From Thraustochytrium aureum (taxonomy: Eukaryota), in NCBI GenBank assembly GCA_012862495.1, contig BLSG01000275.1:67297-128970 (forward strand): DNA of 61,674 nucleotides, read 5' to 3'. The position numbers and the translations under genes were made by a program. The notes under the pieces are model-generated. The model saw only the letters and a list, made by a program, of their open reading frames with translations. It searched no databases and was not told the origin of the DNA. Below are positions 46,782-56,653 of the stretch, one piece after another. Within the stretch, counting starts at the first letter, position 1. The number at the start of each line of letters is the position of its first letter.

Positions 46782-47271
46782 CTTTCGTGTGGCTTGCTTT
46801 TTCTGTTCTCCCTGGGGCTCCAGCAAGCTAGCTTGTGTTGCTCTTGCGTTTGGGGTTTGCTTGGTGTTTGGCTTGTTTGGGCTAGCTAGAGTAGTGCCGT
46901 GCGAGTCTGGCCACAAGACAAAGAGCGTCGTGATAGGCTGCAAAGCGCGCTCGCCTTGGCAAGGCTGGCAGCAAAGCGAGCGCTGATGAAAGAAGCCCTT
47001 GTACGTAAGTAGAGTAGCTTCTGCTCAACCGGAGCATGGCGTGTTTCGATTCCACTCGATGCGAGAGCCCCCACTGGAGCAAAGCTGTGAGATAGCTGTG
47101 GTGCTACCTCTGCCATTCACAAGCGCACTTGCAAGTTGCATTCAACCAGTCACGACCCAGCCAGCCAGCCCCCCAGATCCGCCGAGGCGAATGACAACGC
47201 GAACTCGAGTGAAGTGATGAGTGATGAGTGAGGAGCACACTTGCACAGGCAAGCCGGTCCATTGTCGCCGT

Positions 47272-47322
47272 GGCCTGCCTTGCCTTGCCTTGCCTGCCTT
47301 GCCTTGCCTGCCTGCCTGCCTG
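47272..47322. repeat. (CCTTG)/(CCTG) microsatellite
   Basis: gcctgccttgccttgccttgcctgccttgccttgcctgcctgcctgcctg. Confidence 0.8.
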
Positions 47323-47405
47323 TCTGGAAGTCCTGTCAATGCTGTCACATGGTCATGCAACGACACGCCGTGGGCGCGAACCAACTTCGCGAGCCCGTGG
47401 AGCCT

Positions 47406-47456
47406 GGCCAATGACGAGCGAGGCCGTGGCGATCGGCCAATGAGAGCGCGCAATGA
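47406..47456. promoter_or_regulatory. Repeated CCAAT boxes in the ISIP3/monooxygenase divergent promoter
   Basis: GGCCAATGA at 47406 and 47435, GCAATGA at 47450. Confidence 0.4.
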
Positions 47457-47699
47457 CCGCGACAGCATAAAAGAGGACCCTCTGCGAACTGTGGGTTTGC
47501 CCCAGGCTACTGTTCAAAGTACAAGTTGCTGGAGTCCGCTGGGCCGAGCAGCAGAGCTCGAGTGGGGCGGGCCCCGCCATAGGCGTCGTGCCGCCTGCGC
47601 CGCGCCTGTTTCGTCGGTATCGCTGCGCGAGTGGCCTTGCAACTCGTTTATTTGCGAGGAAGAAACAAGCGGCGAGGAAGGGCGCGATTCTGGCAGGGG

Positions 47700-48731
47700 A
47701 TGGGCGAGTACGAGGTCGTGGCGCTCGAGGAGCTGACGCCGCCGAGCGACAAGGCGCACAGGAGGTGGGCGCGAAGGCTGGGGCTTGGCCTGGTCGCGGC
47801 GATCGTCGTGGGCGCTGCAATGTTCGGACGGGACCGGGCGGACGAGCCTGGCGTGCCGGTGGTTGCTGAGAACGGCGAGTTGCGGTGGAGCACGAGGCGG
47901 CTCGGCTCGATCAGGAGCGGGTCAACAATACGCAACTTTGGCCCCTTGCAGGTGCCGGGAGAGCAATGGGCAAGCGCCGTAAGCGTGCAGGTTGAGGACC
48001 ACGGAGATGGCTTTGCCAAGGTGCACCACGTGCTGGTCAAGCGGCTCGGCGGGTCGCGGTGCGCTCGGGAGGCGATGTGGCGAGGCGGGACGGCAAGCGG
48101 GCAGGTCATCTCGGCTTGGGCAGGAGCCGAGGGTTCGAGCGCCATGCACGGCTCGCCACGCGCCGCGTTGCGGCTGGGACCGCCCCATTTCCGGTGCTTG
48201 TACGTCGACGTTCATATTGAGGCAACCGCAGCGCTCGACCGCCCCGGGACTGTGGTGCAGGTTCGTGCCGCACCGAGATTGGGAGGGGCCGGGGGCGTGC
48301 TCGAGCTGGTAGTGGCCGAGGTTGCTGCGATGAGCTTCAGCCCTATCCCTGCCGGTATGTCGGATGCTGCGGTGGTCGTCCGTTGCCCCGTGACCCAAGA
48401 CGGGCTCCGCCTCGTCGCCTTTCGTAACCATGGCCACGCGGCGGCGCGCAAATACGAATCGCGCGTCATAACTCTCGACGGCGTCCCGCGGACATCCCTT
48501 GCGAGCGCGAGTGCACGCCCGCCACAAGTTTTTCGCGCCACCGCTGGCAACACAACTCTAAGTGCGGGCGAGCAGGTGGAGCTCACCTGCCACTATGACA
48601 CGCGCGGGCGCAACTTTCAAACTCGTCGCGGCCCGTCCCCATCGAAGCACGAGATGTGCAACCAATACCTCGTTTTCGAGGCAGACAAGCCGGCGCCGCG
48701 AGCGCCGCTCGGCCGATGTCGTGTCGTCTGA
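47700..48731 (+). CDS. Copper type II ascorbate-dependent monooxygenase (PHM/DBH-like), type II membrane anchor
   Basis: CuH ligands VHHV and DVHI; CuM ligands FRNHGH and HEMCNQY; CHYDT; N-terminal TM LGLGLVAAIVVGAAMF. Confidence 0.8.
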   Translation: MGEYEVVALEELTPPSDKAHRRWARRLGLGLVAAIVVGAAMFGRDRADEPGVPVVAENGELRWSTRRLGSIRSGSTIRNFGPLQVPGEQWASAVSVQVEDHGDGFAKVHHVLVKRLGGSRCAREAMWRGGTASGQVISAWAGAEGSSAMHGSPRAALRLGPPHFRCLYVDVHIEATAALDRPGTVVQVRAAPRLGGAGGVLELVVAEVAAMSFSPIPAGMSDAAVVVRCPVTQDGLRLVAFRNHGHAAARKYESRVITLDGVPRTSLASASARPPQVFRATAGNTTLSAGEQVELTCHYDTRGRNFQTRRGPSPSKHEMCNQYLVFEADKPAPRAPLGRCRVV

Positions 48732-49292
48732 ATCGGCTGCAGCCGTCCAACTGCACTGCGATCAAGTCGGTGTGGATCCTCCGTGCTGTTTCAGAGCAGC
48801 ACTTGGCTGGCTGGTCATCGATGATGAGGCTCTCCGCGGGTTGATCATGATTGTTGAGAAAAGACGAGCGCACGCAGCACTGCGCTGACCGGACAAGTCC
48901 TTCGGCAAATGTGCCTCACTCACGACGGCATTCTGCCCGCCGAGCCGCACAGGCAACGTGCCCCAAAACGCCCGCCATTCCATCTGCAGTCGCGTCAGCT
49001 CGTCACCCAAGCGAGCGCAGTTTCCCAGTTGGTTGTCGTGTGCGGATTGGCGAATCAGGGCTCGACTTGGCCGCATGATTTTGACCGTCATGCATTTCAC
49101 TCGTGTAATCCTCTGCGGACGGGCTGCTTCTCTCGTGTGATCCTGTGCGAGCTGATTTTTTTCTTCGGCGAGCTCGGCAGACCCCAAACAAAGACTGGGA
49201 ACGAGCCACTCGCGAGGCCCGACGGAATTGGTCGAGCAAGGATCGATCGACAACGTGAGCGAGATTTTCCAAAGCAAAATCAGGATCAAGAA

Positions 49293-50620
49293 ATGAGTTA
49301 CGGGGCTGTAGAAGGGTCTGGACCTGCGGCAGGCTATGGACCTGTAGCTGGGTCTCAACCTGGGTACGGCCCTGTGGCTGGGGCTCAACCTGGGTACGGA
49401 CCTGTTGCGGGTTCAGGCCCGGGGTACGGACCGGTGGCCGGGTCTGGGCCCGGGTACGGGCCTGTCGCAGGCTACGGGCCTGTTGCCGGGTATGGGCCGG
49501 TCGCGGGGTATGGGGCTGCCGTAGGGTATGGCTACGGGATGGTGGACATCAGCGGGGCGGCGAACGCTGGGCTGTTTGCCGTGCCGGCTATGTTTGTCAC
49601 ATTTCGCGAGACGCTGGAGGCAGCGATCATCGTGTCGGTGCTCCTCGGGCTCCTGGACAAGCTCAGCCTTGCCCACCTGAAGCGGTATGTGTGGATCGGC
49701 GTCCTTGGCGCTTTCGGGATCTGCATTATCCTCGCTGTCATCGTGCTGTTGATTGTCAACGTGTTGAAGGAAGAGATTTTTTCGAGCAGCTCGGGCCTCG
49801 TGGTGGAGGGCATCATCGGCGTGCTCGCCGCTGTGCTCATCGGGTATGTCGCAATCACAATCGGCAACGTGATGGCCATCAACGACAAGTGGGAGGCGCG
49901 CCTCACTAACCAAGTCGACGAGATGGGGGAGGAGGCCATTTCCAAGAAGACCATCCTTTTCCTCGCCTTTACCGCCGTGCTGCGCGAAGGCCTTGAAACC
50001 ATCATGTTCTTCGTGGGCATTGGCGCAGCTTACCCGGGAGCCTCACTCCCCATTCCTGCTTTCGTCGGCGCCGTTTTGGGTTGGATCGTGGGCTGGGCTT
50101 TGTACCGCTTTGGTGGGCGCCTCACGATCAGGTGGTTTTTCCGCATCACGATGGTGCTCCTCGTGTTCATTGGTGCTGGCGTGTTTGCCAACGCGATGCA
50201 CGAATTCCAAGTGTACGGCACGTTTGGGACTTGGCAGCCGGAGGAGGACCGCCCGTCGCACAACCAGCCCGTGTATGATATCAGCGGATGCTGTGGCATG
50301 GACAAGCACTTTTGGGTGCTCATGCGCGTCCTTTTCGGGTACCAGCCCGAGCCCACCCCGCTTGACTTTTTGTGGTACTTTGGCTACCACGCTGCTCTGT
50401 GGACCGCCGTCGTGCTGCGGTACAAGCGCTCCCTCAAGGCGAATCCGCAGCCCACTGGCCGTGCGCACACGGGTTCGTTCGGATTGGAGCTCGGTGACAA
50501 GCCGCTGGATCCCATCAAGGCAGATAGGGAGGACGAGGCGGGCTCGAGCAGCTCGGAGTCGCCCCCGGGTACCCGCCTTCCTCGCTCGATGCGCGTGTGC
50601 ACCAGGTTGTAGTTTCGTAG
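49293..50620 (+). CDS. FTR1: FTR1-family high-affinity iron permease, copy a, with N-terminal GYGPVA repeats
   Basis: Two RExxE motifs (FRETLE, LREGLE) and ~7 TMs. The ORF as given stops at 50612; adding one C near 50572 gives DARVHQVVVS* (stop 50620), matching copy b's DVRMHQVQVS*. Confidence 0.93.
49332..49540 (+). repeat. Coding repeat, 7x GYGPVA (30- and 18-nt units)
   Basis: GYGPVAGSQP-GYGPVAGAQP-GYGPVAGSGP-GYGPVAGSGP-GYGPVA-GYGPVA-GYGPVA-GYGAAV-GYGYG. Confidence 0.9.
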
Positions 50621-50929
50621 CCGCAACGAAGAGAAATAGCTCCTTGAAGGCTGATCCGCCCTGCGCGAGGTCTCNNNNNNNNNNNNNNNNNNNNNNNNNN
50701 NNNNNNNNNNNNNNNNNNNNNNNNNNNNNNNNNNNNNNNNNNNNNNNNNNNNNNNNNNNNNNNNNNNNNNNNNNNNNNNNNNNNNNNNNNNNNNNNNNNN
50801 NNNNTATTTACTTACAATAAGTGCTTACTGACAAACAAAACCTGCCGCGAACTTATCCAGGCCTGTCATTCCCGAGAAGGCCGGAGCTTTGCGTTTACGA
50901 TGGTCGACGCAAGCAAGAACCTGCAATAG

Positions 50930-51240
50930 CGGCGCTCGACAAATCAACGAGGCACCTGTCGAAGCGGGACATGATTCACCTCACTTTGACCCTAGTGTTG
51001 CGACAGCGCCCCTGGGGTGAGAAGACCGTGCTTTGGCGAACCCTGCCGCATTCCCGCTGTCGCCGGGGCCGTTCTGGGCTGTGAACCATAGGGTCGTCGT
51101 TGACACGCTTCATTCGTGGCGTGGTCGAGGAGCGCTCGAGCCTTTGATGTGCTTGACTCGTTCAGGACTTGGGAGCCCGAGGAAGACCGCCCAACGCACA
51201 GCAAGCCAGTCAGTGCTCGAGGTCCGCGGCTGCAGGCGTG
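50930..51240 (+). pseudogene. FTR1: Degenerate FTR1 remnant
   Basis: HLSKRDMIHLTLTLVLRQ vs AISKKTILFLAFTAVLRE; attcccgctgtcgccggggccgttctgggctg vs attcctgctttcgtcggcgccgttttgggttg; SFRTWEPEEDRPTHSKPV vs SFGTWEPDEDRPAHNQPV. Blocks are collinear but frameshifted and deleted. Confidence 0.8.
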
Positions 51241-51409
51241 GGCGCAGGTCCCTGTCCCTGTCCACCGGATGCTGCCTGACCCAACAAGATACGGATCGTT
51301 GTGAGGTCGCGCCTCTCCGTCTCTTTTAGCGCAGCGCACTGGAGTGACACCCCAACCAACTAGGATTACATGAAGTATCTTGATCAAGCGGAATATACAG
51401 CGCACAGGC

Positions 51410-53481
51410 TCAGATCGCCGGGATGGGTTCGTACTTGGTACTTTCTGAAGACGAGTTGCAGGCACGGAGAAGCGCCACGCCGAACGCGACGAGCGCCAGC
51501 CACGCGACAATTGAGGCGAGCTGGACCCATCGACCACCCCCGGGACCCCAAACACGCGTATTTGTGATTGCACGCCGGGCAAGCTCCCGCTCCCGGTATG
51601 TCTCCGCCTTGCAATCGCAAACGCGCTCTGGTGCAGCTGGTTTCGGTCGGGAAGAGCACAAAGAGTCCCCAACAATCGACCAAGCAGGCCAAGAGGTGAC
51701 ATTCCCACAGGCGACGTGGCCTTGGAACGAAACCGGGGGCGAATCGACGTCGCAGAGCTGGCGAGCGCTTGGGCACTGCACATGCGCTGGCTCAAGCGTC
51801 TGCCAGACGAAGGGCTCTGCCAAGACGTCATAAGTATAGGGCAGTGCCTCCTGATCGTGCAGCTCCTGGCTGCCGGTGCTGGGCGGCGCAAGCGCGAGGA
51901 TCTCAGCAATGGTCAAGCAAGCCTGGCCCGCGCTGTACTGCCCCAGGCCAATGTCGTGGCGCGTAAAGCACATTTCTTCGGCGACAATGTCGCGAAGTGC
52001 AGTGCCAGGGCAGCCAGTCCCATTCTCGTTCGCGCCGCCAAAACGGTTGTAGATCGACGGCGCAGGCCGAAGCTTTGAGGCCCAGCGAAGTTGGAGAAGG
52101 TCCACAAGTCCGTGCACCGGGAAGAATAGATTTTCGTTGATGGAAAACGCGCCATCCCAAAAGTCAGAGCCCGCGAAGCCAGGCGACCCAAACGCATTGT
52201 CAGGCCATTGTGGGCCACTCCGGTCCCGGCAGGTACACCGCGCCGACGGGGTCTGGCCGGGCACGCAAGAGCCCGGCGGCGGGCAATCTAGATCGCCCCG
52301 GCGCCACTGTGCGCTAGAAAACCCAAGCGGGGTGACTTTGCCAAGGCGCGTCGACCAGGTGTCATAGGCCACGACATTCCGGTAGCCCCTGAGATCGGTT
52401 GCGACGCGGGACGCGACGAGCAAGTAGCTCAGAGCCAGCGTCAGCAGCCCCACGGCAGACACCACGCGGCGAAGCGCGCGATGCCCAAGCGCTGGCGCGA
52501 AGGACAACACGGCGATCGCGATGGGCGCCAAGAGAGCGAAAAAGTACACGTCGACCGCGAGGGCGCCCAGCACTGCGCCAAAATCATCGCGTGAATCGTG
52601 CCCATTAGAATGTGCAGCGCATTGTGCGGACCGAAGTCAGCCGTCCCATGCTGGTACCCGACGCCTTGGGCGCACCGTGCGAATGCAGCAAATGTTGGAC
52701 TGTCCAGGCAGTCCCGGGCCCAAGCTTGCTCCTGCTCCCTCGGCACTGGCCCTCCGAGAACCCACCCTGGGTTGCGGGCCAGGCCTGGGCAGTCGTTGGC
52801 GCTCCAAGCGCTGCGCCAAAACCCAAACCCATTGCCAAACGCCTTGCTCCCGCGGTCCGAATCTGCATGCGCAGCGAGCTTGGCGGCAGCGAGAGAGGCC
52901 ATGTCCGGATCGACCGTCTCTGCGTTTGTGACGCGGGTCTCGAACACCGGGTCGCTGATGCAGTACCGGTTCTCTGGGTCGCCAAAAGGGGAGCCCCAGA
53001 GTTTCCAGAGCGAGCTCTGCAGCCAGGACCCGTGCGCCGCAACGTCCAGCTCCCAGTTCCAGTAGGGCAAGGCGTCGAGGCTGGTGCCGGGGCGCAGCGC
53101 TCGCGCGACGGCCACCAGCGACTGCTCGAACTCGGCGAGGAGCGCGCGATGAAACACGATTTGGTTCTCCTCAAGGTGCCCTTGGTCCGCGCACGGGTGG
53201 GCGGCGGCCAGGGCGTGCTTGACACCGAGGAACTCGTAGCTGCGATACGCCTCCCCGAACCGCAGCCGCCCTTGCCGCTGAGGGACGCTTCGCATCGTCT
53301 TGAGCGCCTCCACGAAGGCGTCAACCTCGTCGCGCGTCAGCGTGCGCAGCTCTCGGCGCACGCGGGGCCGCCGCATGGGTCCCGTGCAGTTGCACAAAGC
53401 CGCGAGCACCAACCCGTTCGTTCGCACGGCGCCGTTCTTGGCCTCGCTCGCGTCACATGTCCGACTCGTTCGTGACGTCAC
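51410..53481 (-). CDS. Membrane-bound tyrosinase (type-3 copper) family protein; frameshift near 52600; start uncertain
   Basis: RVRRELRTL, CuA KH...GH...FHR, FEQSL, LPYWNW, CuB HNALH...SINENLFFPVHGLVDL...W, YTYD motif and a C-terminal TM. No in-frame ATG with a signal peptide was found. Confidence 0.8.
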
Positions 53482-54034
53482 GGAGGGCGTTGCGCCGCGA
53501 CTCGCGCGTTCAAGTTCGTTCGAGTTCGTCGGGCTCTGGTGAGAGAGCCTTGCGCGCCGCCTTCAAGCTCTCGTTTCTCGTAAGTAGAGTACTCTACAAC
53601 TTGATTTTTCAAGATTGAACGCAACTGTTGTTGAATTTGGTTTTCTTGATTGTTGTTTTGATTCAAGAAAAAGAAGGCCCGGGCAGAAAAGGGATTTTCG
53701 CCCCTGCCTCTGGAAACAATCGTGATTGGCTTGACTTGGCCCCAGAGGTGGAGCGGAGAGCCCCCCACCGCCACGGCTCTGCCTCATGATGATGTGCGGT
53801 GGTCGTGCGGCGCGCGCGCAGCAGCCAATCAGGACTCGAGTTGGTCCTCACCCACAGACCCACAGACGTGGGCGATTTTCCCGCTGTTTTGGACCAGCGG
53901 GCCTCGAGCTCGATCACTGATCGACTCGGACTTGCCAGGAGGTCGAGTTCGATCTGCAGTGCTCCAACTGGACTGCTGCGCCAGCGGGGAGAACAGGGTG
54001 GGGTCGAGGCGTTGCTGGGGGAAGTGCGGGCACG

Positions 54035-55237
54035 ATGGGGTATGGGACGGTGGACACGAGCGAGGCGGCGAACGCAGGGCTGTTTGCCGTGCCTGCCATG
54101 TTTGTGACGTTTCGCGAGACGCTGGAAGCCGCTATTATCGTGTCGGTCTTGCTCGGCCTCCTGGAGAAGCTCAACCTGGTCCACCTCAAGCGGTACGTGT
54201 GGCTCGGCGTCCTGGCCGCGTTTGGAATCTGCGTCGTGCTTGGCGTGATCGTGCTCGTGGTAATCAACGTTGTCAAGGAAGAGTTTCTGTCGGGCAACTC
54301 GGGGCTGTTGGTGCAAGGCATCGTTAGCGTGGTGGCGGCTGTGCTCATCGGTGTCGTCGCGCTCACCATCGGCAATGTGATGGCGATCAACGACAAGTGG
54401 GAAGCGCGCCTCGCGAACCAGGTCGGTGACATCGGTGAGGACGCCATCTCGAAAAAGAGCATACTCTTCCTGTCCTTTACCGCCGTACTGCGCGAAGGGC
54501 TCGAAACGATCATCTTTTTTGTGGGTATCGGTGCGGCGTACCCGGGTGTCTCGCTGCCGATCCCGGCGGTCGTCGGCGCCATTTTGGGCTGGATCATCGG
54601 CTGGGCGTTGTACCGCTTTGGTGGGCGCCTCACGATCAAGTGGTTTTTCCGCTTCACGATGGTGCTGCTCGTGTTTATCGGGGCTGGTGTGTTTACCAAT
54701 GGGATGCATGAGCTCCAGGTGTACGGTTCGTTTGGAACTTGGGAGCCGGATGAAGACCGCCCGGCGCACAACCAGCCCGTGTTCGACATCTCGGGCTGCT
54801 GCGGGTTGGACAAGCAGTTCTGGGTGCTCATGCGCGTTCTCTTCGGCTACCAACCCGAACCCACGCCGCTCGACTTTGTGTGGTACTTTGGGTACCATGC
54901 CGCAATCTGGATTGCGGTCGTGGTCCGGTACAAGCGCTCGATGGCCTACCCCGGCGGCAAACCGCCGCCTCTCCGCCACGTGATCTATCGCCGGATCTGC
55001 CTCTGCAAGGGCCCAGATCCCACTACAGAGAATGCCCAGTCTACGCGCGAGACGCACGCCGGCTCGTTTGGTTTGGAAGGCGGTGAGTCTGGTGACGCCG
55101 TGGAGAAAGCTGGTGCCCCTGGCCCTCTGGACGACGTCAAATCGGCGAAAGAGGACGATGCGGAATCAGCCGACTCGTCGTCGGCAACTCCCCCGTCTTC
55201 CTCGGACGTGCGCATGCATCAGGTTCAGGTATCTTAG
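54035..55237 (+). CDS. FTR1: FTR1-family high-affinity iron permease, copy b
   Basis: FRETLE and LREGLE motifs; close paralogue of 49293-50620; short MGYG N-terminus. Confidence 0.95.
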   Translation: MGYGTVDTSEAANAGLFAVPAMFVTFRETLEAAIIVSVLLGLLEKLNLVHLKRYVWLGVLAAFGICVVLGVIVLVVINVVKEEFLSGNSGLLVQGIVSVVAAVLIGVVALTIGNVMAINDKWEARLANQVGDIGEDAISKKSILFLSFTAVLREGLETIIFFVGIGAAYPGVSLPIPAVVGAILGWIIGWALYRFGGRLTIKWFFRFTMVLLVFIGAGVFTNGMHELQVYGSFGTWEPDEDRPAHNQPVFDISGCCGLDKQFWVLMRVLFGYQPEPTPLDFVWYFGYHAAIWIAVVVRYKRSMAYPGGKPPPLRHVIYRRICLCKGPDPTTENAQSTRETHAGSFGLEGGESGDAVEKAGAPGPLDDVKSAKEDDAESADSSSATPPSSSDVRMHQVQVS

Positions 55238-55805
55238 CTAGTTTCAATCAATCGTAAACGCCTCGCGAGCATTTCGCTCGGATCCGATTGTTTTGCAAGT
55301 AGCCGACGCTCTTCGGAGCTACTTTGAGCTCGACACATTGCTGCAGGCGGCGGGCGAGCGGGGCGTGTGGGAGGCCCAGGCGAGCGCGATGCTCTCGTAC
55401 TCTGTCGTGCATCTTTTGGCGACCGAGCCCTTGAGCAACTATGCACGTGATCACGCGGCTGCAGTGCCTCTTGGACGGGCTCAACCAACGCTACCCACGC
55501 TGACACTCCACGTGGTTGCGTGGTTGGGGTGTCCCTGCGCTGCGCTTTAAGAGACGGAGCTGAAAAGGATGGGTGAGACGGCGCTGCCGAACCGAAGAGG
55601 TTTAAAACAGCACCAATAGGTACGTCTCGCTGCGCGAGGAGGTGGCAGACTGATCCGCTTTAGATCCCTAAGAAGCACCGTGAGTCCGTGACGCCTTGAC
55701 AAAGACAACGGCTTTCGTAGGTCGGACGACCCGACTTGCCCGTCCAATTCCATGCACCAACTTGTTCGCGTCAAGGCGGCGTGATGTTTCCTGGTCCCGA
55801 CTTCC

Positions 55806-55889
55806 GAGAGAACCGCCAATGCCGGGCTACCGTGCTCGGTTTCGACTCCCCCGAGAACCGCCAATGCTCGGCTACCGTGCTCGGTTTCG
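55806..55889. repeat. 45-bp tandem duplication
   Basis: GAGAACCGCCAATGC..GGCTACCGTGCTCGGTTTCGA twice (AACCG at 55811 and 55856). Confidence 0.85.
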
Positions 55890-56653
55890 AAAGGGAGCGT
55901 CTCTTCTGTGCCGAACGGATAGTATCCGTTTTTTGTTGGAAAAAGACTCGCGCGTAGTTGTCCGTCACGTCGCTGTCCAAGCCCGTGCGAGCAGCGGTCC
56001 GTAGGTTTTCAGTCTACTCTAGGTCGAGTAGCTGAAGAAAGGCGGATCAGTTCGGTGGTGTGGGTGTGGTGAAGAGAGGATACAATCTGCATGGCCGTGC
56101 ACTGGCCTTAACCTTTGCCTTCACTCGGACGCTTGTGAAAGGTTTGGCCCAGCCCGCAGCAAGCTATTCTCCTATCACAAATCTCCTCTCACAGAGCGTG
56201 CGCTTGCGATTGACGGAACAAATTGCGAAACCAAACTGTGCGTCGGCAGCGATGGCCGTCTCTTGTGTGCCGAACGGATACTATCGGTTACTCTGCTTTG
56301 CTCCGCGCCGTGCGCGAAAGGTGGGAAAATTATAGACTCGCATGTCGCCAGCAGAGCCAGCACCTGGAATCCGCCGAAGGCCAAGCTGGCCTTTTTTCCT
56401 ACTCTCCCTTGAGAGATAAATGTTGATTTTTGGTGCACGATGCTCTGCGTCATCTTTTTTTAAAATAACCGATGCGTGGCACCGGACGTGTTGGCACCCA
56501 GACCCGAATCGCTGGTCTGGCACCAAGCAAAGCGCAGCATTGAGCAGAGATCGCCTGCTTCCAGAGCTTGATCTCTGCCTCCGCGTTTGCTCGAGCGCTG
56601 CGAAGCCGCTTTGCGATTGGCTGTGCGCTTGAACCGCCGTTTCGCATCTGAGA

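Noticed and set aside
48909..49292. 128-aa N-terminal extension of FTR1a in the ORF track
   Set aside because: Non-ATG start, not protein-like, and overlaps the putative promoter element; ATG 49293 preferred.
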